Below, piece after piece: positions 28,012 through 35,562 of a stretch of 35,562 nucleotides of DNA. The position numbers and the translations under genes were made by a program. The stretch is from assembly GCA_964581305.1 (NCBI GenBank), contig CAZONC010000004.1, positions 1,848-37,409 of the forward strand, given 5' to 3'. The DNA is from an uncultured archaeon. Lineage in GTDB: Archaea > Aenigmatarchaeota > Aenigmatarchaeia > CG10238-14 > SCSR01. The notes under the pieces were generated by a model. That model had not been told where the DNA came from. It searched no databases and worked only from the letters and a program-made list of their open reading frames with translations. The stretch's first letter is position 1; each line of letters opens with the position of its first letter.

Positions 28012-28540
28012 TTAAGAGCTTAACATCCTAACCAGCTTTTGCTTTAACTCTTCTGGCAATTCATCCTTACTTAGCAATTCTTTAGTCCTCTCAATCATAA
28101 TTCTTAAAACATTCGGGTCTTTAACCAAGTATTCAACCACTTATCTATAACCTCTCTTTCCTTCTCAGCTTCCATAGCAGCTTCTAATGTTAAAGGCATT
28201 CCACAAGCTTTACAAAACTTATTAGTCGCTTCATTAACAGTTTTACAACGAGGATAAGTGATTGGCTTTAACTTCGTCTATTTTCCTTTTTCTTCTTTTT
28301 TTATTCCATAAACTTTTCCTAAAATTGCTTCATCTGTATCTCTAGCTGATAAGCGAACATAAGTTCCTGCCATTTTGCTTGATTGGACCCAGCCTGCAAA
28401 AACTTTCAGCTCTTGTTCGGTAAGTATTTTTGCCAAATGAGTTAACCTAGAATGTCTAAACAAATATGACGAAACTTTCTTTTTTTATTCCTGCTAACTT
28501 ACTAACTTTTCTTATAACTTTTGCTAGTGCAGGATAGGTA
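28012..28540 (-). pseudogene. Tyrosine recombinase/integrase C-terminal remnant with zinc ribbon
   Basis: LFRHSRLT, FAGW..SKM..TY; frameshift in A-run near 28480, in-frame TAG at 28278, then PRC...FCKACG; N-terminus absent. Confidence 0.85.
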
Positions 28541-28565
28541 TATAAAGATTTAACTCAGAGCTAAA

Positions 28566-28665
28566 CGCCCAGGCTGGGATTTGAACCCAGACGGGACAAA
28601 GTCCCACACGGTCTCCAGCCGTGCGCGAAAATCTGTGCGCGTTAACCTGGTTCCGCCACCTGGGC
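28566..28665 (-). tRNA. tRNA-Ser(GGA) with 14-nt non-canonical intron
   Basis: Acceptor GCCCAGG/CCTGGGC, anticodon arm CACGG-CTGGAGA-CCGTG, long variable arm, TTCAAAT loop; no encoded CCA. Confidence 0.93.
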
Positions 28666-28693
28666 ATATAATAAGGTTTTATTTAAAAATATT

Positions 28694-29437
28694 TTACTCT
28701 TCCACACGTGGAGCCAAAATGTAAGAAAGGGAAAGCTTATCTTCTAATTTAAAGCTCATTTTCATTGGAAAGTCCTGTCCAAGTTCTATAGTTGTGGAGT
28801 TAAAAAGACGTCCTGTTTTAATCATTTTTCTTAAATAGTCAAGTGGATATCGTGCACTTACGCTTTTTTCTGTTTTTATATCAAGCAAAGCATCACTTCC
28901 TTTTTCAAGCTCCAATTCCGCAGTGTTGACATCACTTTCTGCTCGCATTAAAAATTTTGATGGTGAAATTTCAAGCACAACCGAATCGGTAATTAGCTCT
29001 GCATCTTCTATGCCAGATTGAAGCACATCTGGTTTAAGTTCTGCCTTTGCTGTAAATTTAAGCTGTTCTATAGCAAGTTCTTCTTGAGTTATTTCTAGTA
29101 GAGGAAGAACAAACCGCCTTTTTGAAGAATTTTTAATTATAATTTCTAGCTTTTTACCATCAAATCGAAATGTAACTTTATCTTTTGGTCCTGCTCTTTT
29201 TAATATAGAAAGCAAATTACCTATATTAAGCCCCATCGACATTTCTTCATCCAATTTAAATTGTTCAAAGCCATTTGCAAAGATGCGAAAATCTACTGCA
29301 GCAACAACGGCACGGTCGGCAACAGCCAAGCATATTCCCTCTTTGGTTATTTTAAACACACCTTCATCTATTATTTCAGCAATCGATGAAAGCGGTTCTG
29401 TCAATAGCTTTATATTACTTATTGTCGCTTCAAACAT
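28694..29437 (-). CDS. pcn: PCNA sliding clamp
   Basis: DRAVVAAVD, YPLDYL, LGQDFP, LAPRVE. Confidence 0.96.
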   Translation of the reverse strand: MFEATISNIKLLTEPLSSIAEIIDEGVFKITKEGICLAVADRAVVAAVDFRIFANGFEQFKLDEEMSMGLNIGNLLSILKRAGPKDKVTFRFDGKKLEIIIKNSSKRRFVLPLLEITQEELAIEQLKFTAKAELKPDVLQSGIEDAELITDSVVLEISPSKFLMRAESDVNTAELELEKGSDALLDIKTEKSVSARYPLDYLRKMIKTGRLFNSTTIELGQDFPMKMSFKLEDKLSLSYILAPRVEE

Positions 29438-29714
29438 TCAAACCAGCCTCACTATATAATTTTTTAATTTTTTCAAATACACTTAAATTTAATCCCTCCA
29501 AGTTCTGAATAACATTAACTTTTAGCTTACCTTCTTCCATATAGCAAAAAACTCTTACTAATTTGTTTTCTTCAACAGTTCCATTTACTAAAATTTCAAT
29601 TTCTCCTGTATCATCTACTAAAAAAAATTTATCTTCCACTTTTCTAATTTTCCCAATTAACGAAACCTTCTTATCATTTTTCATAACTTGGAAAACTTTT
29701 TTGGGAATGTACAT
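29430..29714 (-). CDS. Small OB-fold protein (RPA3-like)
   Basis: VSLIG...LVDDTGEI...LVRV; ATG at 29714 avoids overlap with tfs. Confidence 0.7.
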   Translation of the reverse strand: MYIPKKVFQVMKNDKKVSLIGKIRKVEDKFFLVDDTGEIEILVNGTVEENKLVRVFCYMEEGKLKVNVIQNLEGLNLSVFEKIKKLYSEAGLNV

Positions 29715-29718
29715 TGCA

Positions 29719-30048
29719 TCAGCCGTAAGTTCGCCAAGAATATCCACATTTTGCGCATCTATAAAATATTGTTGGTGGTTCATCAGCAGATCTAGTTTGT
29801 TGCATCCACCAATATGCTTCCATATTTCCGCATTTTGGACACATTATCTTTGTTTTTGGAAATTCTGCCAGTCCTTCATCCTTTCCTATAAAAATAACTC
29901 TTTTCTTTTGTGGTGCCATTTGTTGCGATACCAATATTTTTTCATCTTTTAATTTGATTTCTTTTTTACATTTTCGACAAACCAAATAGCTTACTTTTCT
30001 TTTTCTCTTTACATACATTAGATTTCCACATTTTTCGCAAAATCGCAT
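29719..30048 (-). CDS. tfs: Transcription factor S
   Basis: FCEKCG, CPKCG, QTRSADEP. Confidence 0.95.
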   Translation of the reverse strand: MRFCEKCGNLMYVKRKRKVSYLVCRKCKKEIKLKDEKILVSQQMAPQKKRVIFIGKDEGLAEFPKTKIMCPKCGNMEAYWWMQQTRSADEPPTIFYRCAKCGYSWRTYG

Positions 30049-30600
30049 TTAAACACCAAAGATTTTATATATAAACATTCTTAAATATCCAAGTTTTGGA
30101 ATTATAAAGATTACTTTTCCGTGAATTTGGTCTTTACTTATATTTTTTTCATATGGTAGCTGATTGAGATTATTATCACCTTTTGTTTGATAACTTCCAT
30201 CCTCATTAATTTTAATAATTCTATGAATTATTGGAGTGTCTTGACCTTGAACGTCGAATACTATTACATCTCCGATAGAATATTTTTCCATTCCTCTAAT
30301 AATCGGCATATCACCTTTTAAAAAACCCTTTTTGTAAGGCCAGGAATTGATGAATTCTCTTGTATAGTTTAATTGTTCTTCCAGCCATTTATAGTGCGTT
30401 AGCTCAACATTGTCATGTTGCATAGAAGTGCTTGAAACCCATGTTATAGGTGTATTTGTATTTAATAAAACACAAAGCGATTTAAAAAAAATCAAACCAC
30501 AAAGAATTCCTAGAGCGATATAAATAAAAACACCAAATGTACCTTCAGTTAGCTCATCCCATTTTTTCTTTATATGATTAAGCACGCCCAGAGCTTTCAC
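30049..30600 (-). CDS. Signal peptidase I (Sec11-like)
   Basis: TM helix, SM, GD, IIHR, TKGDNN. Confidence 0.9.
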   Translation of the reverse strand: MKALGVLNHIKKKWDELTEGTFGVFIYIALGILCGLIFFKSLCVLLNTNTPITWVSSTSMQHDNVELTHYKWLEEQLNYTREFINSWPYKKGFLKGDMPIIRGMEKYSIGDVIVFDVQGQDTPIIHRIIKINEDGSYQTKGDNNLNQLPYEKNISKDQIHGKVIFIIPKLGYLRMFIYKIFGV

Positions 30601-31153
30601 CCTTTACAATCCCTGTGGCAATTAAATGAGCAACCCGCAGGGGTTCTGGAATATAGCCATGCGTTGTACTTAACTTAATAATTTCTTCTACTTCCTCATC
30701 ATCAATGCCAACATTCTGATAGTATATTTTCCTATCGGCTATTTTCATTTCTTTAATTTTTCCTGCATTTAAAACCATTTGCCACCTTTTTTTAAAATTT
30801 TTTAAATTTTTCAAAGCCTTTTTTACATTTTCCAGATTTGGGCACTTTCTATTTATAACAATAACTGGCAATTTTGTTTTTTCATAAATCTCCTGAATAT
30901 CGATCACATTAAATCCACCCATAGTTATGCCATCAAACATTATAACTTTTAATTGGCTTTTGTGTCTGGTTGAATTTATGCTTTTCACAATTTTTTTTGT
31001 CGCATCCATACCATCAACTTCGACATCTGTTCGCAAAATTCCGTCTAGAAATTTACCACCACGATATATTACTCCTATTACAGGAACATTTTTATCGCTT
31101 CTTTCAAATGGTCCGTCATCAAAGCCAAGAATTCGAATTTCGGCTTTTATCAT
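30578..31153 (-). CDS. DUF99 (endonuclease V-like) protein
   Basis: GFDDGPF, DGMDAT, GGFNVID, PEPLRVAH. Confidence 0.92.
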   Translation of the reverse strand: MIKAEIRILGFDDGPFERSDKNVPVIGVIYRGGKFLDGILRTDVEVDGMDATKKIVKSINSTRHKSQLKVIMFDGITMGGFNVIDIQEIYEKTKLPVIVINRKCPNLENVKKALKNLKNFKKRWQMVLNAGKIKEMKIADRKIYYQNVGIDDEEVEEIIKLSTTHGYIPEPLRVAHLIATGIVKGESSGRA

Positions 31154-31208
31154 AGAAAGAAAGTGGGAATTCGTAATATATAAATTTTATTAACCAAAAA
31201 CATCATTT

Positions 31209-31379
31209 ATGGTAAAAAAAGTATTTCCAGAGGCAGTAGCACGCCTTTTTCATCGCGTTTATGTCTGTCGTGTTTGTAAGTCTAAGATACGTGCAGATCC
31301 ACGCAAAGTAAAAGAAGGAAAAGTTAAATGTAGAAAATGTGGATCTAAGGCGTTAAGGCCAAAAAGAAGACCACAGTAA
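31209..31379 (+). CDS. rpl40e: 50S ribosomal protein L40e (56 aa, not in ORF track)
   Basis: FPEAVARL...VCRVCK...CRKCGSKALRPK. Confidence 0.9.
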   Translation: MVKKVFPEAVARLFHRVYVCRVCKSKIRADPRKVKEGKVKCRKCGSKALRPKRRPQ

Positions 31380-31388
31380 AGGAGTTAT

Positions 31389-31643
31389 ATGGAAAGTAAA
31401 TTGATAAAAAAATGGAAAGATATGGGACTTACTATATCGAATTTTGAGTTTTTTACTAATAGGCCGAATGTAGTGATCGGCAAGCTTCCTGGGCAAATGG
31501 CAGAAGTAGAGTATGTTTGTGATAAATGTGGTTTCTATGAAATAAAAAAAATAGAAATAAAGAAAGGTGCAAAAAAATTTTTACGGCCAAAATTTAACTG
31601 TAGCAAATGTGGAAAAGTAATAACTGTGCCTGCGCTAAAATAA
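31389..31643 (+). CDS. Zinc-ribbon hypothetical protein
   Basis: YVCDKCG...FNCSKCG; GGAG upstream. Confidence 0.7.
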   Translation: MESKLIKKWKDMGLTISNFEFFTNRPNVVIGKLPGQMAEVEYVCDKCGFYEIKKIEIKKGAKKFLRPKFNCSKCGKVITVPALK

Positions 31644-31686
31644 TTTAAATTTTCTTATTATTAGAATATATTTAGTTCTGATAACC

Positions 31687-32973
31687 ATGGAGTTTCACAG
31701 AGTGTGGAATTGGTATTCAAGGGAATCTGTACAAAAAGCCATTCTTGAAGTCGCAAAAAACAGAGAAGTTGTTTGTGTTTTTAGAGATGGCAGTTTTGGC
31801 AAACGGCCAGACATAATTCAATATCCTGCTGACATCTTACAAGCAGTGGCGAATGGAACAATAGCTTTTCACGCTTCAGTTGAGAGATGGACACAGCCAA
31901 TGAAATTGATGGCAGGAATGACAAAACAAGAGTTAGACAGCCTGCGACAAGGTTGGGACATTTTAATCGATCCAGATGTAAATGATTTTGAAATTGCGAA
32001 AATAGCTACGAGGCAAATAATTGAAGCACTTAAAGATCACGGCATTTCTAGCTATTCAGTTAAGTTTTCTGGTGGGAAAGGCTTTCATATAGGCATACCA
32101 TTTGAGTCGTTACCGCCAAAAATAAATTTTCAGCCAGTTTCGACTCTTTATCCAGATTTACTTCATAAGATAATAGGTTATATTAAATGGTACATACGCG
32201 ATCAACTTAAAGAAGCAATACTTTCTCTTGATACGCCAATGAATTTATCCAAAAGAATTGGAAAGCCGTTGGAGGAAATAACTGATAGTGAAGGAATAGA
32301 TCCATTTAAAATTGTGAATATTGATTTATTTTCTTCTCGCCATCTATTTCGCTTACCATATAGTTTGCATGAAAAAACAATGCTAGTAAGCCTTCCTATC
32401 AATCCAGACCATCTTGAAAAATTTGAAAAAGAATATGCTATACCAGAAAAGGTAAAAATAGAAGAAAAATTTTTGATACCAAAAACAAAATTGCATAATG
32501 CAGAGGCGCTTGTAATAGATGCATTGGATTGGGCATCAAAATACAAAGGCGAGGTAAAAGTCGAGATATCAAAACAAAAAGTAGTTAAAAGAAAATTTAT
32601 TTCAGAGGAATTTTTCCCCCCGTGCATAGCACAGATATTGCGTGGATTACCAGATGGTCGTAAGCGATCGGTTTTCATTCTTGTCAATTTCCTTCGAAAT
32701 ATGGGATGGACATTTGATCAAATAGAAAAGAGGCTGACCGAGTGGAATGAAAAAAATTATCCGCCACTTAGAGCAAACTATTTGAGAACTCAACTTAAGT
32801 GGCATTTTCGTCAAGAAAGAAACATTTTGCCACCGAACTGCGACAATTTGCAATTTTATCCCTCAATAGGTGTTTGTAACCCAGATATATTTTGTAAAAG
32901 ATATGAAATTAAGAATCCTGTTAATTATCCTTTAAAAAAACTAAGCCAAATGAAAAAATCAAAACTTAAATAG
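31687..32973 (+). CDS. Fused DNA primase PriS-PriL
   Basis: DILIDPD, FSGGKGFH, RLPYSLH (PriS) followed by FPPC, DGRKR, PPNC...C...C (PriL FeS domain). Confidence 0.92.
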   Translation: MEFHRVWNWYSRESVQKAILEVAKNREVVCVFRDGSFGKRPDIIQYPADILQAVANGTIAFHASVERWTQPMKLMAGMTKQELDSLRQGWDILIDPDVNDFEIAKIATRQIIEALKDHGISSYSVKFSGGKGFHIGIPFESLPPKINFQPVSTLYPDLLHKIIGYIKWYIRDQLKEAILSLDTPMNLSKRIGKPLEEITDSEGIDPFKIVNIDLFSSRHLFRLPYSLHEKTMLVSLPINPDHLEKFEKEYAIPEKVKIEEKFLIPKTKLHNAEALVIDALDWASKYKGEVKVEISKQKVVKRKFISEEFFPPCIAQILRGLPDGRKRSVFILVNFLRNMGWTFDQIEKRLTEWNEKNYPPLRANYLRTQLKWHFRQERNILPPNCDNLQFYPSIGVCNPDIFCKRYEIKNPVNYPLKKLSQMKKSKLK

Positions 32974-32992
32974 AACTATTTAATATTATTTA

Positions 32993-33526
32993 GTGGATTA
33001 TATGGAGGAAATGATAACTTTTGAAATAATACGAAAAATTCAGAGAGATGAACAGCTTACACCAAAATTAACTAAATTACCAGAAAATTTTTACCAAAAT
33101 GTAAAGATTTACCTTGATCAAAAAAGGAAAATAACAGATAGAAAAATCGTTTTAGAAGTAAAAAATATAGAAAGACTTGTAGAAGATATATTTAATCGAA
33201 GAGAAAGAAAAATAATAAATTCTGCAATTATAGCAGCACGAACAAACATACCACCTGAAAATCTAACAAATGAGGAAAAGGATTTTTTTGAAAAAATAGT
33301 AAGTTTAATTAAAAGTCGGAGAGGAGATATTTTAGAAAATTTGTTTAAAACTAAGGAAGAAACAGTTGGATTGGTTGTTTTTAAAGAAAGTGTACCAGAA
33401 TTTGTGGGATCGGATGAAAAAGTTTACGGTCCATTTCAAAAAGGAGATATAGCTAAATTACCAGAAGAAAATGTAAAGATACTTAAAGAAAGAGGTATTG
33501 TGGAGGAATTTGAAGTAAGTAAGTGA
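32993..33526 (+). CDS. GINS subunit (GINS15/51-like)
   Basis: [34 protein letters not shown]. Confidence 0.88.
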   Translation: MDYMEEMITFEIIRKIQRDEQLTPKLTKLPENFYQNVKIYLDQKRKITDRKIVLEVKNIERLVEDIFNRRERKIINSAIIAARTNIPPENLTNEEKDFFEKIVSLIKSRRGDILENLFKTKEETVGLVVFKESVPEFVGSDEKVYGPFQKGDIAKLPEENVKILKERGIVEEFEVSK

Positions 33527-33530
33527 TGGT

Positions 33531-33818
33531 ATGAAGTTTCCAAAAATTGTAAGAACTTACTGTCCTTATTGTAAAAAACATCAACAACATGAGGTAGAGA
33601 TTGCAAAAAAGAGACCAAAAAGATCAGTTGCCGCTGGTGAAAGGCGATTTAAAAGGAAGATGAAGGGATATGGTAGTTTTCCAAAAGAGCATCCAAGAGG
33701 AAGAGAAAAACCGACAAAAAAAGTTGATTTGCGATTTAAATGTACTGTTTGTGGAAAGAAGCATGTGCGTGGCGAAGGATTCAGAATTAAAAAAATTGAG
33801 ATTGTGAAAAAAGAATAA
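33531..33818 (+). CDS. rpl44e: 50S ribosomal protein L44e
   Basis: [30 protein letters not shown]. Confidence 0.96.
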   Translation: MKFPKIVRTYCPYCKKHQQHEVEIAKKRPKRSVAAGERRFKRKMKGYGSFPKEHPRGREKPTKKVDLRFKCTVCGKKHVRGEGFRIKKIEIVKKE

Positions 33819-34283
33819 TTAGAACCGTATTGTTCTTCGACTTTTAGGAATTAAATTTTTAATCTTATCTTTCAGAAACAAGCTGCTTCCCAGAATTTCA
33901 TCTTCAGATTTTACTATTACAAAATTGCCGTATTCGCAGTTAATTTCTTTTTCCGCCTTTACATCCGAGCCTTTCAAAAATTTTTCTGCCGAATTTTTAT
34001 TTATAAAAACAACATTTTTACTTGCATATCTCCCAACAATTTGTGAACCTTCTATTGTTAAATGTATTTTACCTTTTCTTATTTTGCCAAAATTTAATCC
34101 TGCAGAATTTATCAGTATGTTCAGAGAAAAAATTTTTGCACATTCTTTCGTAGCTATCCAAATTTTTTCTTTCGAAGTGAATACCAAATAGTCGCGCAAA
34201 CTTATTTTTACTCCATAATTTTTTTCAATCAATTTTTCTAATTCCTCAATTTCTTTTTTGCTTAAAATTTTCTTAATTTGCAT
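33819..34283 (-). CDS. NIP7/PUA-like ribosome biogenesis protein
   Basis: GLNFG...LTIEG, FLKG.D, NLIPKSR; adjacent to RNA methyltransferase. Confidence 0.75.
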   Translation of the reverse strand: MQIKKILSKKEIEELEKLIEKNYGVKISLRDYLVFTSKEKIWIATKECAKIFSLNILINSAGLNFGKIRKGKIHLTIEGSQIVGRYASKNVVFINKNSAEKFLKGSDVKAEKEINCEYGNFVIVKSEDEILGSSLFLKDKIKNLIPKSRRTIRF

Positions 34284-35149
34284 ATAAAAAATCCCTCCAT
34301 CCTTTCTGTTGGCACAATCCTAATTGCATTTACAATTTCATTTACAAACCGTTTTCCTTCCCATTCAGTCAGTGCAGGCATGAAATTCAAATTGTCAATT
34401 TTTATTTTTTCAATTGTCAAGCCAAGTTTTCTGACAGCAAAGTCTACATTTTCTTCATTTTCCTCTGGCTCCAAACTGCAGGTAGAATATACAATGATTC
34501 CGTTATCATTTAGACACTTCGTGGCAGAGATTAGCAGTTTCTTTTGCAGTTTACTCAGTCTTGCTATTGAATTTTTATTTACACTCTTTAATACTCGTGG
34601 AATAAGTGTGCCTGTCCCTGTGCAGGGCACGTCAAGTAAAATTTTGTCAAATTTTAGACCAGTTTGCCAGAATTTAGTGCCATCCATATTTGTAACAACA
34701 ACATTCATCACACCACATCTTTGCAAATTTCCTCTTAATGCTTTTAATCTTTCTCTTTCCACATCATTTGCAACTATTACTCCTTCATTTTTCATCATAG
34801 CAGCAATTTGTGTAGTTTTTGCTCCAGGTGCTGCACACAAATCAAGAATTGTCTCGCTCTTTTTTGGATTAAGAACCAAAGCCGGAATCATGCTTGATGC
34901 ATTTTGAATGAAAAAATAACCTAGTATATGCTCGATACTATAACTCAAATTGTATGGTGCCTTTACCCAAAGACCCTCTTTATAGAATGGAATTTGCTCA
35001 ATTGTGCAACCCCTTTCATTTAACTTTTTGATCAAACTTTCTACAGATATTTTAAGTGTATTAGTACGGATAGTCCAAATTTTTTCTGTAGGTAGTGATA
35101 TTGAAAAGTTTTTCCCAAAAATTTTCCTATATCTTTCAATTTTTTCCAT
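34262..35149 (-). CDS. RsmB/NOP2 family RNA m5C methyltransferase
   Basis: DLCAAPGAKT, LLDVPCTG, YSTCS.EPEENE. Confidence 0.95.
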   Translation of the reverse strand: MEKIERYRKIFGKNFSISLPTEKIWTIRTNTLKISVESLIKKLNERGCTIEQIPFYKEGLWVKAPYNLSYSIEHILGYFFIQNASSMIPALVLNPKKSETILDLCAAPGAKTTQIAAMMKNEGVIVANDVERERLKALRGNLQRCGVMNVVVTNMDGTKFWQTGLKFDKILLDVPCTGTGTLIPRVLKSVNKNSIARLSKLQKKLLISATKCLNDNGIIVYSTCSLEPEENEENVDFAVRKLGLTIEKIKIDNLNFMPALTEWEGKRFVNEIVNAIRIVPTERMEGFFICKLRKF

Positions 35150-35207
35150 ATTTTTGATTTATTCAAACTTAGATAAGCATTTAACATTTTCCTTTTATAT
35201 ATTATTT

Positions 35208-35504
35208 ATGTGCAGATACTGTAAGTTGTCAAAAGAACGAAAATATGGTGTAAATCTAATTTTTGATATAGAAGAGTATTTGAAAAAAGCAAAGGATGAG
35301 CATATAATTTTTGGCTTTTATTTATATGATTCTAGAGCGATAGATTTGGTTAAAGATATGGAAGAAACGTATTTTCCACCGGGCACAGATGAAAATGCAG
35401 ATTTTGAACTTATTATCGGAATCGGCAAAGCATATATGCTCATACCAAAAAATGAAGAAAACTATCGGCGACTTGCAATTTTGAAGAAAAAATACGGGAT
35501 ATAA
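35208..35504 (+). CDS. Hypothetical protein (98 aa)
   Basis: ATG at 35208 after a TTTATATA element; MCRYC start. Confidence 0.6.
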   Translation: MCRYCKLSKERKYGVNLIFDIEEYLKKAKDEHIIFGFYLYDSRAIDLVKDMEETYFPPGTDENADFELIIGIGKAYMLIPKNEENYRRLAILKKKYGI

Positions 35505-35507
35505 AAG

Positions 35508-35562
35508 CGCCGAGGCTGGGATTTGAACCCAGACGGGGCAAAGCCCCACACGGTCTCAAGCC
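35508..35562 (-). tRNA. tRNA-Ser(TGA), 3' part (truncated by window end)
   Basis: Anticodon loop CTTGAGA, long variable arm, CTGGG-TTCAAAT-CCCAG, CCTCGGC-G. Confidence 0.9.

Noticed and set aside
4072-35549. Short ORFs overlapping identified genes (for example 4072-4341, 11133-11528, 32202-32687, 34278-34907, 35322-35549)
   Set aside because: Shadow frames of well-supported genes or tRNA, with atypical composition
28566-35562. Similar sequences at 28566-28620 and 35508-35562 as att sites of an element
   Set aside because: They are two tRNA-Ser isoacceptors (GGA, TGA) flanking core genes

Overview
AT-rich archaeal chromosomal window, most likely from a DPANN archaeon (fused PriS-PriL primase, stand-alone 23S rRNA gene, GatDE, archaeal histone, TFB); an Aenigmarchaeota-like origin is inference. 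It holds an unlinked 23S rRNA gene enclosed by a canonical bulge-helix-bulge (BHB) processing stem and carrying three short BHB introns. The longest intron looks like a complete box C/D guide RNA with antisense elements to the same 23S rRNA, and the peptidyl-transferase centre is unusually divergent. The rest is mainly information-processing genes (aIF5A, histone, Nob1, TFB, ABCE1, YchF, GatD/E, MtaB-like, PCNA, TFS, L40e, primase, GINS, L44e, NOP2/RsmB), polyamine genes, two tRNA-Ser genes (one with a 14-nt non-canonical intron) and a decayed integrase island. An uncharacterised divergent cluster (about 6.1-13.5 kb) encodes two paralogous nucleotidyltransferase-HEPN proteins, a metal-dependent TIM-barrel enzyme, a large helical protein, a 2-TM microprotein, two paralogous hypotheticals and an amphipathic coiled-coil protein; it is the best protein-level candidate for an undescribed system. 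All E. coli rRNA numbering is from manual alignment.
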